24,000 nucleotides of DNA from Pullulanibacillus camelliae (GCF_014642655.1 NZ_BMIR01000001.1:87518-111517), one strand, 5' to 3'; shown: positions 9,779 to 19,067, counted from the first letter of the stretch. The notes: generated by a model not told the origin, from the letters alone. Program-made: numbers and translations.

Positions 9779-10423
9779 TCACGGCAATAATAATTGATGA
9801 AGCTGCTCATTACTCCCTTGAATGATGACAGAATGCTTCTCAGGTGTTAACCATTTTAAAAGTCTTAAAAGATTTTCCTCTGATACTGCCGTACAGCCTG
9901 CAGTATATCCATTGGGATCTGGCCAAATATGCAAAAAAATCGCGCTTCCCTTACCCGGTATCGCCTCTTCGTTATAGTCGATCACCGCAGCGTATTTATA
10001 CAACGGAATATGCAGTCTTTCAAAAGAATGCCAGCGCGCTTTTGGATCACCTTCATAAACCACCCAACGATTATAATCTTCAGAAGTTACATCATCTACC
10101 CAATAATCATGAGGCGACGTTTGCTTATAAGGAAGCCTGATTCCCTCAGGAGGGCTTTCAGTCCCAAAGCCTTGACTAATGGTGTATATGCCTGCAGGTG
10201 AGCGCATGCCACCCTCCTGCATCGCAAAAGTGATACCCTTCTTCCCAATCACCGCAGGCATCCTAAAAAGGTAGTGCCAGGTCTCCCCACCATATTCATA
10301 ACCTCTAAGTACTGCGGCTGAACGATTTTCTGCCTCCGCTGTTACAAACATCACCTGCTCCGCCTTGAAATAGCTTTTCACCTGCTCCAAGAGCCTGCGA
10401 TAAACCTCACTTCTGTTCGTCAT
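9779..10423 (-). CDS. L,D-transpeptidase (YkuD-like catalytic domain) family protein
   Basis: MRSPAGIYTIS..., FLHIWPDPNGYTAGCTAVSEENLLRLLKWL (HxnTxGC-like active site). ATG at 10423 preceded by AGGAGGAGG. Confidence 0.82.
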   Translation of the reverse strand: MTNRSEVYRRLLEQVKSYFKAEQVMFVTAEAENRSAAVLRGYEYGGETWHYLFRMPAVIGKKGITFAMQEGGMRSPAGIYTISQGFGTESPPEGIRLPYKQTSPHDYWVDDVTSEDYNRWVVYEGDPKARWHSFERLHIPLYKYAAVIDYNEEAIPGKGSAIFLHIWPDPNGYTAGCTAVSEENLLRLLKWLTPEKHSVIIQGSNEQLHQLLLP

Positions 10424-10648
10424 CCAAAAGCCTCCTCCTAATAAAAACACGGTGCTCGCCTTAACACTGGCAGCATCTATTGTTGCCTTTATCTTGTTGA
10501 ATCAGGAGATGCCTTGACTTCAGACTCCTTTTGGCTTCCTGATCCCGTTCCTGTCCGAAGAAATGCAGGGAGGTTATCTCATCTACTTTTTTAAGTATTT
10601 TACAAACAGTTACCCACAAATTGATGATTTCAATAATTTCTTAGTCAA

Positions 10649-10754
10649 TTAGAAAACTTGGCTTGTCGCCAAGCTTTAATGGCGAAAGCTAAAGTTACAC
10701 TTATACTATCTTCCTTTATAAGCGTTAGCGGAGTTATACATTCTGATAGTATAA
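10649..10754. repeat. REP-like/structured intergenic element, copy A
   Basis: TTAGAAAACTTGGCTTGTCGCCAAGCTTTAATGGCGAAAGCTAAAG with overlapping hairpins, followed by perfect 10-bp inverted repeat TTATACTATC (10701-10710) / GATAGTATAA (10745-10754). Confidence 0.55.
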
Positions 10755-10790
10755 AAAAAGTACCTAGAAACATTTCTTCTAGATACTTTT
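10751..10790 (-). terminator. Rho-independent terminator of the downstream-reading permease gene
   Basis: Reverse strand AAAGTATCTAGAA-gaaatgt-TTCTAGGTACTTTTTTTAT. Confidence 0.8.
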
Positions 10791-10800
10791 ATGACAACAC

Positions 10801-11880
10801 TTATAAAAATATGGCACCCATACCACCAGCTATCACACCGAGCACAGCCACACTTAACCCCAAAAAGCCCAAGACTCTCCATGATAAAGCTTTGCGCACC
10901 ATAAGTGCAGAAGGAAGACTGATCACCGGCAAAACGATAGCGAGCACTGCCGCAGGACCGCCTCCCAAACCAAAATTCATAAAGGTTTGGATGATCGGAA
11001 TTTCCCCAGAAGTTGGGATAACAAATAACGTCCCAACGATAGCAAATAGTAATACTATGAGCAAGCTGTTTCCCCACTCAGGACCAATGGTCGGAAATAG
11101 CCATGCACGAAACGCACCTAAGACAAACACACTTAAAATATAAACCGGAATCGTAACAAGGAGAATACCTCCAATGCTTTTGAGCCATCGCAATCCAAAA
11201 TTGCCCTGAGGTGTAGCCCCTTGTTCAATATTATCAACAAATTGTTGGACATCCATATTTTTGACAGCCACTCGCCCCGCCAAATAGCTCACACCAAAGA
11301 CAAGAATGAGTCCAAAAATAAGACGTAATAAAGTAAACTTCCACCCAAGAGTAAAAAACATAAAGATTAAAACCGCTGGATTAAGCGCGGTATTGCCAAA
11401 CCAAAAGGCAACGGCTGCCGAGACGGAGCTCGATTGCTTTCTCATCCCAACGACAAGCGGCGCTGTGCAACACGTACACATCATTCCCGGCAAGGCAGAG
11501 AGACCGGCAATCACTGTACTTCCGTAAGAGGTTTTACCCAAGACTCTTCTGATCCAGTCCTTCGGTAAGGCTACCTGCACTAAAGATGCTAAAATAATCG
11601 CCACTAAATAGGCCTTCCAGATCGATTGAAAATAGCCAACACTAAAATCCCATGATGCTTTCCAAGATGGATTTGGTGCAGCTTGACCATCACCTGAAAT
11701 AGAAGATGAACCTATCACATGATCATGCGCAGCAATAAACGCTTTATGATAATAAGGATTCCATTTTGCCCAAAATAAACCCATAATAACTGCAATGAAA
11801 AAAATCACCACACCGATCAGCCATGCCTTATTGTGCCTTAAAGTCGGGCCAGCAGATAGAGTGTTTAATGGTTCCTTCAT
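10801..11880 (-). CDS. Permease of the UPF0718/DUF318 (YraQ/ArsP-like) family
   Basis: LPGMMCTCCTAPLVVGMRKQSSSVSAAVAFWFGNTALNPAVLIFMFF and second repeat SGEIPIIQTFMNFGLGGGPAAVLAIVLPVISLPSALMVRK. ORF track start is 11895; 11880 fits the GGGGG site better. Confidence 0.85.
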   Translation of the reverse strand: MKEPLNTLSAGPTLRHNKAWLIGVVIFFIAVIMGLFWAKWNPYYHKAFIAAHDHVIGSSSISGDGQAAPNPSWKASWDFSVGYFQSIWKAYLVAIILASLVQVALPKDWIRRVLGKTSYGSTVIAGLSALPGMMCTCCTAPLVVGMRKQSSSVSAAVAFWFGNTALNPAVLIFMFFTLGWKFTLLRLIFGLILVFGVSYLAGRVAVKNMDVQQFVDNIEQGATPQGNFGLRWLKSIGGILLVTIPVYILSVFVLGAFRAWLFPTIGPEWGNSLLIVLLFAIVGTLFVIPTSGEIPIIQTFMNFGLGGGPAAVLAIVLPVISLPSALMVRKALSWRVLGFLGLSVAVLGVIAGGMGAIFL

Positions 11881-12046
11881 GGTCAACCCCCACAAATATC
11901 AAAAATAAATAACTCTATCATTCTACCGAATGCCTCGTATTTTGTCATCTGATATCACTTGGGAAAAGCATCCATCAAAGCAAGCTTATACTACTTAGGG
12001 ATTGACTTATACAAGGTCAGTTTTTCTTATTTCAATCAAGCAAGCC

Positions 12047-13105
12047 TTATAGCTTTTTATAAGACAAACAAACGGGTTTTTTAATCGTATAGGTATGACC
12101 ATTAGCGACTGGCACACCTTCATCATTGATATCCATAACGACAATTGAATCGGAATCTTGGTTGGCTACAAGAAGATGCTTCCCTGATGGTGTAATGAGA
12201 AAATTTCTCGGCGTTTTCCCTAAAGTCGGCGTAAACACTTTATTTTCCAATTTTCCATTTTCCGAAATGTTGAAGGTAACAATGCTATCATGGCCACGAT
12301 TTGAGGCATAAAGAAACCGGCCATCCGGACTCAAGTGAATATCCGCCGCAGTATTCTCTTCATCAAATCCTTTAGGCAATGTGCTGATTGTGTCGAGCAA
12401 ATGGAAGTGTTCTTGATCATCAACCGCATACACTGCAATCGTTGAATTTAATTCATGGAGAATGTAAATCAGACGTTTATTGGGATGGAATGCCACATGC
12501 CTCGGTCCTGACCCTGGGGTCGCTTCAATTTGATCATTAAGAATCCAATGATGCTTCCCATCTTCTGCCTCATTCCGATAAATATAAACATGATCCGTAC
12601 CTAAGTCTGTGACTAATTGATCTCTCGTCGCTGGGACGGTTACGATCGTATGAGGATGCGGTGCCTCTTGACGTTCAGCGTGCACACTATGGCCAGAGTG
12701 CGTGATGCTATCCATAATTGGCCCAACAGAGCCCTTGTCTTCTATCGGAAAAGCCAATACGTTTCCACCTAAATAATTGACTGTAAACACGTAGTGTTCC
12801 GACGGATCAAGGCTAACAAAACACGGTGCCGCTCCTTTAGTCGATTGGCGATTGATTTCCTGCAGCTTTTTCTCTTCTTTGTCAAACCCATAAGCGACTA
12901 GTTCACCCTCTTCAACCTCACTAACAGCATAAAGCCTTTCTCCTGTGCTATTCATTGTTAGGTAGGAAGGTGCTTCAATACCAGAAATGCCTGTAAAATA
13001 TTCCAAGCTGCCAGTTTGTGAATCAAAACGCAACACTTGAATGGCTTCCTCATCGCTCGACATATAGGAGCCTACAACAACAACCTCCACCGCATGTGTC
13101 CCCAT
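12047..13105 (-). CDS. Lactonase family (beta-propeller; 6-phosphogluconolactonase-like, YkgB type) protein
   Basis: APCFVSLDPSEHYVFTVNYLGGNVLAFPI, GSGPRHVAFHPNKRLIYILHELNSTIAVY, LSPDGRFLYASNRGHDSIVTF, TPRNFLITPSGKHLLVANQDSDSIVVM. Confidence 0.9.
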   Translation of the reverse strand: MGTHAVEVVVVGSYMSSDEEAIQVLRFDSQTGSLEYFTGISGIEAPSYLTMNSTGERLYAVSEVEEGELVAYGFDKEEKKLQEINRQSTKGAAPCFVSLDPSEHYVFTVNYLGGNVLAFPIEDKGSVGPIMDSITHSGHSVHAERQEAPHPHTIVTVPATRDQLVTDLGTDHVYIYRNEAEDGKHHWILNDQIEATPGSGPRHVAFHPNKRLIYILHELNSTIAVYAVDDQEHFHLLDTISTLPKGFDEENTAADIHLSPDGRFLYASNRGHDSIVTFNISENGKLENKVFTPTLGKTPRNFLITPSGKHLLVANQDSDSIVVMDINDEGVPVANGHTYTIKKPVCLSYKKL

Positions 13106-13187
13106 CGCTCTTCCCTCCATTTTCTAAATGATTATTGACACAATCATCACTTTACACCGGGTCCGTTCTTATAAACATTGTAATAAG

Positions 13188-13212
13188 AGGCTGGCTCATA
13201 ATGAGTCAGCCT
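13188..13212 (-). terminator. Hairpin terminator of the ROK kinase gene
   Basis: Reverse strand AGGCTGACTCAT-t-ATGAGCCAGCCTCTTATT. Confidence 0.65.
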
Positions 13213-13225
13213 AGTGTCTGCTTCT

Positions 13226-14119
13226 TTAGATGTTAGCCTTTTCCGAGGCACGCTCTGCCTGTTTTGCTAAAATCAATCCGCCCGTGATCCCGGCATGGTC
13301 TCCCAGTCCTGGCGGAACGATGTAGCTCTCAATAGCCTCTGTCACTTCTGGCAAGGCAAGATAGCCATTTAATAACGCTTTTACCTTGTCCTGTATGAGC
13401 GGAAATAGTTGTTTTTGCTTCATAACACCACCGCCAAGGATGATTTTCCTTGGAGACAGGATTAATATATATTGCATTAAGGCTTCAGCAATATAAAAGG
13501 CTTCAAGCTCCCACACGTCTTTACGATCGGATAATGCAACACCTTTTTGTCCCCAACGTGCTTCGATTGCTGGCCCTGCAGCTAAGCCTTCTAAACAGCC
13601 TTTATGGTAGGGGCATTTCCCCTCATAAGTGTCTTTTGGATGTCTAGGAATAAGAATATGTCCCATTTCTGGATGTGAAAGCCCCGATAAGAGCTCGCCA
13701 TGTACAACTGCACCCGCTCCAACCCCTGTCCCAACAGTAATATAAAGACAGCTATCCAAACCTTTCGCGGCCCCTAACGTCGCTTCTCCGAGGGCAGCTG
13801 CATTAACATCTGTATTAAATTCAATAGGAATAGGAAAAGCCTCTTGAATGGTTTGAACAAGTGGATAATCCCGCCAGGCCAGCTTAGGTGTAGACGTGAT
13901 GTTGCCATAAGTCCGACTGCCCTTATCAATATCAACGGGTCCAAAAGAGCCGATGCCCATCGCCTTTAGCGAATATTGCTTAAAAAAATTGATCACTTTC
14001 GGCATTGTGACTTCTGGTGCTTCCGTTTTGATTTGTATGGCCTCTTGGATGTCTCCTTGATCATTTCCTACAGCACAAACAAATTTAGTTCCACCCGCTT
14101 CAATTGATCCATAATACAT
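13226..14119 (-). CDS. ROK family fructokinase-like sugar kinase
   Basis: MYYGSIEAGGTKFVCAVGN, NTDVNAAALGEATLGAAKGLDSCLYITVGTGVGAGAVVHGELLSGLSHPEMGHI, zinc motif CPYHKGCLEGLAAGPAI. Confidence 0.9.
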   Translation of the reverse strand: MYYGSIEAGGTKFVCAVGNDQGDIQEAIQIKTEAPEVTMPKVINFFKQYSLKAMGIGSFGPVDIDKGSRTYGNITSTPKLAWRDYPLVQTIQEAFPIPIEFNTDVNAAALGEATLGAAKGLDSCLYITVGTGVGAGAVVHGELLSGLSHPEMGHILIPRHPKDTYEGKCPYHKGCLEGLAAGPAIEARWGQKGVALSDRKDVWELEAFYIAEALMQYILILSPRKIILGGGVMKQKQLFPLIQDKVKALLNGYLALPEVTEAIESYIVPPGLGDHAGITGGLILAKQAERASEKANI

Positions 14120-14272
14120 TGTATTCACCCTTTTAATTAGAAAACAACATGGTTCATCAAAGTAAAACATCATGAGCTTTCTTCTTATATAAAAAATTCA
14201 GTAAAACAAAGCGTTATCATTGATCACACTACTCTTATTATACAATCTTTTCTACTTCTTGAAAGGGTTTTT

Positions 14273-15091
14273 TTAAGAACGACGATCGGTCAATTCTCGT
14301 AACCCATTACTTAGCATATAAAATCCAAGCACTATAAATGTAATGGTGAGCCCCGGAGCCAGCGCATACCATGGATCATCCGTGATGTACTCCTGAGACT
14401 CACTTAACATCCTGCCTAGGCTCGGGTCAGGAGGCTGTACGCCTAAACCGAGATAACTTAGTGAGCTTTCTGCGAGTAAAGCACCAGCAAAGGCTACTGA
14501 GCCTGCGACAATCAATTGCGAATAAATATTAGGCATGATGACTTTGAAAATAATACGAAGAGGCGAAACCCCTATCGACCGAGCAGCGACCACATAATCT
14601 AAATCCTTATTCTGCATGAAGCCACTGCGCACGATCCTTGCAATACTTGGTGTAGCGAGCACACCAAGAGCAAGAGCCGTATCCGTAATCCCTGTGCCAA
14701 ACACAGCAACAATCATGATGGCAAGGATAATCCCTGGGAAAGCCATGAGTGCATCGATAAAGCGCATGACAATTTCATCGAACCAGCCACCCAAATAACC
14801 TGCTAAACCACCGATTATTGACCCGAAGAAAAGCCCGATGACCACAACAACAGCACCGACAAAAAAAGCGGTCTGCGTACCAGTCATAATCCGACTTAAA
14901 GTATCTCGCCCAAACTTATCCGTGCCCAGCCAATGGGCACTGCTTGGTGGCTGCAATTTATTGGCGACTTGTATTTTATTTACATCATAGGGTGTATAAA
15001 AAAAGCTAATGACCATGATCGTTAAAAAGAAGAGGAGTATAGTGCCACCAATGATGAGGTTCATGTTTCTCTTTTTCTTGCTATGTATCAT
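14273..15091 (-). CDS. Opp/Dpp-type ABC transporter permease (DppC/OppC-like)
   Basis: PPSSAHWLGTDKFGRDTLSRIMTGTQTAFFVG, IPNIYSQLIVAGSVAFAGALLAESSLSYLGLGVQPPDPSLGRMLSE. Confidence 0.93.
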   Translation of the reverse strand: MIHSKKKRNMNLIIGGTILLFFLTIMVISFFYTPYDVNKIQVANKLQPPSSAHWLGTDKFGRDTLSRIMTGTQTAFFVGAVVVVIGLFFGSIIGGLAGYLGGWFDEIVMRFIDALMAFPGIILAIMIVAVFGTGITDTALALGVLATPSIARIVRSGFMQNKDLDYVVAARSIGVSPLRIIFKVIMPNIYSQLIVAGSVAFAGALLAESSLSYLGLGVQPPDPSLGRMLSESQEYITDDPWYALAPGLTITFIVLGFYMLSNGLRELTDRRS

Positions 15092-15101
15092 TGTTCTATC
15101 C

Positions 15102-16043
15102 TCACTTTAATCGGATTCTCGGATCTAGCACACGATATAACAGATCCACTATAAAATTAATGCATACGACAACAAAGGCAATATACAATACAAGGCCTTG
15201 GACAACAGGGAAATCCCTGCCGCTGACCGATGTAATAAGCAGCGTCCCTATTCCAGGAAGTGAGAACACTTGCTCCACAACGATTGTACCAGCAATGACT
15301 TCAGCAAGTATGAGTCCAAAAACGGTCAAAACGGGGATTAAAGAATTCCTCAGGATATGCTTAAATAATGTGGCCCGTTCCGTTGCGCCTTTTCCTCGTG
15401 CCGTCCGGACATAATCCATGGTGGTCTGCTCTAAGATCTCATTGCGTACATAGCGAAAACAAACAGCGATTTGTGGGATAGCAATCGTTAGTGCTGGCAA
15501 CAAAAGCGAGCCAAGTGCACCAAAGAAGCTTTCTCCCCATGGAATGTAACCTCCCGGAGAAAACAAACGAAACATTGATCCGAATAGGATCATTAACAGC
15601 ATGCCAACAAAAAAAGTAGGAATCGCCATCCCGACTTGTGTGATGGAAGATAGGATGATGTCTCCCCAGCTATTTTTGCGAATGGCCGCTAGAACACCTA
15701 AAGGGATAGAAACGAATACAACAATCACTAAAGACATGAGCGCCAAAGAAAAAGTAAGCGGCAACCGGGCAAGGATCAATGTTTTTACCGGCATAGAAAA
15801 ACGCAAGGATTCTCCTAAATCTCCTTTTACAAACCCCTGAATAAGATGAATATATTGCTCGAATAACGGCTGATCAAGGCCTAGTTGATGACGCACCGCT
15901 GTGATACGGGCTGGGTCTGCATCTGGTCCCAGCATGATTTGAACAGGATCTCCTGGTAAGATACGAAAGACTAAAAAGGTAATAATGGAGATAAAAACGA
16001 GAGTGAGACATAAAAATACAAGGCGGCGCAGGATATAAGCCAT
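15102..16043 (-). CDS. Opp/Dpp-type ABC transporter permease (DppB/OppB-like)
   Basis: MAYILRRLVFLCLTLVFISIITFLVFRILPGDPV, YVRTARGKGATERATLFKHILRNSLIPVLTVFG. Confidence 0.94.
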   Translation of the reverse strand: MAYILRRLVFLCLTLVFISIITFLVFRILPGDPVQIMLGPDADPARITAVRHQLGLDQPLFEQYIHLIQGFVKGDLGESLRFSMPVKTLILARLPLTFSLALMSLVIVVFVSIPLGVLAAIRKNSWGDIILSSITQVGMAIPTFFVGMLLMILFGSMFRLFSPGGYIPWGESFFGALGSLLLPALTIAIPQIAVCFRYVRNEILEQTTMDYVRTARGKGATERATLFKHILRNSLIPVLTVFGLILAEVIAGTIVVEQVFSLPGIGTLLITSVSGRDFPVVQGLVLYIAFVVVCINFIVDLLYRVLDPRIRLK

Positions 16044-16084
16044 TCCTCGTCACTCCTTTATATTCTAAAAATCAGCAACAGTTT

Positions 16085-16109
16085 AGTGGGGAGCTAAAAG
16101 CTCCCCATT
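16085..16109 (-). promoter_or_regulatory. Intercistronic stem-loop between SBP and permease genes
   Basis: Perfect 9-bp stem TGGGGAGCT-aaa-AGCTCCCCA without a following T-run on the coding strand. Confidence 0.65.
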
Positions 16110-16160
16110 ATTTGCACTATCTATGAATGTATGACTTGTGTTTGTTCCAATCCTTTTCTC

Positions 16161-17684
16161 TTATTTAGCAGGCTTTATATGAGCGAGATCTAAATAATAA
16201 ATCGGATATTTAGTGAACCCAGTAAACTGTTTATTCAACGCCCACTCTGTCTGATAATCACAAATAAATACAGCAGGGGCTTGTTGACTGAGTTCTTCCT
16301 GTGCCTGTTTATACAAGGCGACACGCTTATCCTCACTGGATTCATTTAAAATCTGACTCATTAATGTATCGAATTTTTCATCACTGAAATTCATCATATT
16401 TTCCGGGTCATTGGAGCGATACTGGCTCAATGTATCAAAAGGGCTTAGCTTACCAGTAAAGTCGATAATCGTGGCTTCATAGTCTTTCTGTTTATAGACA
16501 TCATCAAGCCACTTTGCCCACTCAATCACATTTATTTTAGCATGGATACCGATCTGTTTAAGCTCTTCAACAATGACTTGTGCAGCCTCGGAATAGACCG
16601 GACTATGTGAGCTGACTGTGATCGTCATTGAAAAGCCGTTGCTGTATCCCGCTGCTTTTAATAACTGTTTAGCTTTTTTCACATTGGGCTGATAATCCCC
16701 TACCGTTGACTTATCAAAATATTTACCCATGGCAGGGCTCATATGTGAACCTAGCTTCGAACCATGTCCTGAAAAGGCCGCATCAATGATGTCCTGCTTG
16801 TTCACCACATCATTAATTGCTTGACGCACACGAACATCATTAAAAGGCTTTTTAGCATTATTAAACCCCATTAAAAAGACAGCATTGCTATTCTGAGGAA
16901 TAATATTAAAAGCGTTCTTAATTTCATCCACCTTATGTGCCGGTACACTTGTCAAATCTAAGTTGCCTGATTTTAAACTCATGAAGGCTGCATCATCATC
17001 CGGTTGGTAAGAGAATGTCACCTTATTCAAATAAGGCACACCTTTTTTCCAATAATCATCGAATTTTTCCAAAACGAGCTTATTTTCCGGTTTATATTCT
17101 ACGAATTTGAAAGGTCCTGTCCCGATAGGATGCGTATTCTGTTTGGCATCATTCTTTTTATCAAGAATGGCTGCATCAACAGCGGTCAACTCGGTTAAAA
17201 ACGGTGAATACGGTTTTTTCAGCTTAATCACAATCGTTTGATCATCAGGTGCTGTGACAGACTTGATAATGGCCGCCAAACTGCTGGACAAAGGTTGGCC
17301 TGTCGACTTACCCGTCAATCGATCAAAAGAATATTCCACATCTTGCACAGTAACAGGATCCCCATTATGAAACTTTATGCCGGGCCTCAGTTTAAACGTA
17401 TAAGTTAATCCATCCTCTGACATTTTATAAGACTTAGCGACGCCTGGCTCAATGCCACCATTTGGCGCGGGGTTCACTAACCCTTCAAAGACATTAAGCA
17501 TCATCTGAAAGGTAAGTGAAGCAGTTGCCTTATGCGGATCAAGAAAATCAGGATCAGCCATCATCCGAACGGTGATGTCTTTTTTTGGCTTACCACTCTG
17601 CTGCGACTCAGAGTGACCAGAACACCCAGCCATTAAGAAGGTCATCGCCGCAATGGCTAGTAACATGTATACATACTTTCGCAT
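16161..17684 (-). CDS. Family 5 ABC transporter solute-binding protein (peptide/nickel/opine type lipoprotein)
   Basis: Lipobox MTFLMAGCSG; DFLDPHKATASLTFQMMLNVFEGLVNPAPNGGIEPGVAKSYKMSEDGLTYTFKLRPGIKFHNGDPVTVQDVEYSFDRL. Confidence 0.93.
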   Translation of the reverse strand: MRKYVYMLLAIAAMTFLMAGCSGHSESQQSGKPKKDITVRMMADPDFLDPHKATASLTFQMMLNVFEGLVNPAPNGGIEPGVAKSYKMSEDGLTYTFKLRPGIKFHNGDPVTVQDVEYSFDRLTGKSTGQPLSSSLAAIIKSVTAPDDQTIVIKLKKPYSPFLTELTAVDAAILDKKNDAKQNTHPIGTGPFKFVEYKPENKLVLEKFDDYWKKGVPYLNKVTFSYQPDDDAAFMSLKSGNLDLTSVPAHKVDEIKNAFNIIPQNSNAVFLMGFNNAKKPFNDVRVRQAINDVVNKQDIIDAAFSGHGSKLGSHMSPAMGKYFDKSTVGDYQPNVKKAKQLLKAAGYSNGFSMTITVSSHSPVYSEAAQVIVEELKQIGIHAKINVIEWAKWLDDVYKQKDYEATIIDFTGKLSPFDTLSQYRSNDPENMMNFSDEKFDTLMSQILNESSEDKRVALYKQAQEELSQQAPAVFICDYQTEWALNKQFTGFTKYPIYYLDLAHIKPAK

Positions 17685-17942
17685 TTGAACGTCATCCTTT
17701 TAACATTTTGTTAAATTGGTATTTTAATTCCTATAAGTTGGGTGGACATCTGCATAATCTTCTTCAACCTTGCTAGAGCCATCCTCCGCTTCTTATAGAT
17801 TCTACGTCGATTATATACAAGGGGGGCTTGAAGGTCGAATACTAACCACTAAAATAAATACTTCCCCTCAACTATAAGTGATTTCGTTGTGTCATAACAG
17901 TCTTTCATAGAAATTTTTTTCTGATTCAATATTATTTAAGTA

Positions 17943-17970
17943 TTGTAATATTTTCGAACACTATTATAAT
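17943..17970 (+). promoter_or_regulatory. Sigma-A-like promoter TTGTAA-N16-TATAAT for the downstream symporter gene
   Basis: Direct sequence, about 35 bp upstream of the ATG at 18005. Confidence 0.55.
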
Positions 17971-18004
17971 TTAAAGATATCTAAAAACAAGGGAGAGAGA
18001 AGTC

Positions 18005-18970
18005 ATGAAAACTTTAGAAGCTATCAGTCGTTTTTGTGGGAATACGTTCGCCATATGGGTTATCCTTTTTGCAATTTTAGGCTTCATTTTCCCTAGCGGC
18101 TTTACTTGGATTGGACCTTATGTACAAATTTTACTTGGCATCATCATGTTTGGTATGGGACTGACACTAAAAGTCCAAGACTTTAAAGAAGTCTTTAGAA
18201 GACCAAAGGATGTCGCTATTGGCGTCGTCGCTCAATTTGTCATCATGCCTCTATTAGCCTTTTTACTCGCCAATTTCTTACCTGTCTCTAAGGATGTTGC
18301 TGTTGGTATCATTTTAGTCGGAGCCTGCCCTGGTGGAACGGCCTCCAACGTCATGACGTATCTGTCTAAAGGAGACACCGCCTTATCTGTTGCAATTACA
18401 TCTGTATCTACAATACTCGCGCCCTTGCTTACGCCATTTATCATTCTTTTATTAGCGAGTAAATGGGTCGCTGTCGATCTTGGCTCACTTGTCTTATCGA
18501 TCTTAGAGATTGTCATCATACCGATTTTATTAGGCATTATGGCTAGACTCCTTCTCAAAAGTAAAATCGAAGCTGGAGTCACCGTTCTTCCCCTTGTCTC
18601 AGTTATCGCAATTATTGCGATTGTTGCTGCGGTTGTCAGCCTAAGCAATGAGCAGATCGCTAAAACTGGCGCCATGATTTTTGTCGCTGTCATTTTACAC
18701 AATGTTTTAGGACTCATTATCGGTTTTCTAGCGGCAAAGCTCATGCGGATGACACCCGCCAAACAAAAGGCTGTATCCATTGAAGTAGGCATGCAAAACT
18801 CCGCCCTTGGTGCTACACTTGCTCAAGCACACTTTTCACCACTCGCTGCGGTGCCAAGCGCAATCTTTAGTGTCTGGCATAACATTTCAGGTCCAATCAT
18901 CGCTACACTCTACCGCAGATTTATAGATAACGGGCCAGAGCAAGAGGAAACCACCAAACGCATTTCATAA
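18005..18970 (+). CDS. Bile acid:sodium symporter family (BASS, PanS/YocS-like) transporter
   Basis: IMFGMGLTLKVQDFKEVFRRPKDVAIGVVAQFVIMPLLAFLL, VGACPGGTASNVMTYLSKGDTALSVAIT, EVGMQNSALGATLAQAHF. Confidence 0.92.
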   Translation: MKTLEAISRFCGNTFAIWVILFAILGFIFPSGFTWIGPYVQILLGIIMFGMGLTLKVQDFKEVFRRPKDVAIGVVAQFVIMPLLAFLLANFLPVSKDVAVGIILVGACPGGTASNVMTYLSKGDTALSVAITSVSTILAPLLTPFIILLLASKWVAVDLGSLVLSILEIVIIPILLGIMARLLLKSKIEAGVTVLPLVSVIAIIAIVAAVVSLSNEQIAKTGAMIFVAVILHNVLGLIIGFLAAKLMRMTPAKQKAVSIEVGMQNSALGATLAQAHFSPLAAVPSAIFSVWHNISGPIIATLYRRFIDNGPEQEETTKRIS

Positions 18971-18976
18971 CTAGAA

Positions 18977-19067
18977 AAAAAAAGACTCGTCAATTTGTGA
19001 AACAACCTAAAAGGTTAGATAATAACTAACATTTGGGGCATAAGTTCACGACATGATGAGTCTTTTT
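18977..19067 (+). terminator. Long nested inverted-repeat element, terminator-like
   Basis: AAAAAGACTCGTCA ... TGATGAGTCTTTTT enclosing a second stem TTGTGAA/TTCACGA and inner GTTAG-ataataa-CTAAC. Confidence 0.55.

Noticed and set aside
10658-11143. 161-aa plus-strand ORF antisense to the permease and extending through its terminator
   Set aside because: Composition mirrors the antisense of a membrane protein (many Ser/Thr/Pro/Lys) and it crosses a clear terminator and repeat element.
18232-18792. 186-aa minus-strand ORF inside the bile-acid symporter gene
   Set aside because: Antisense shadow ORF in a well-conserved transporter CDS.
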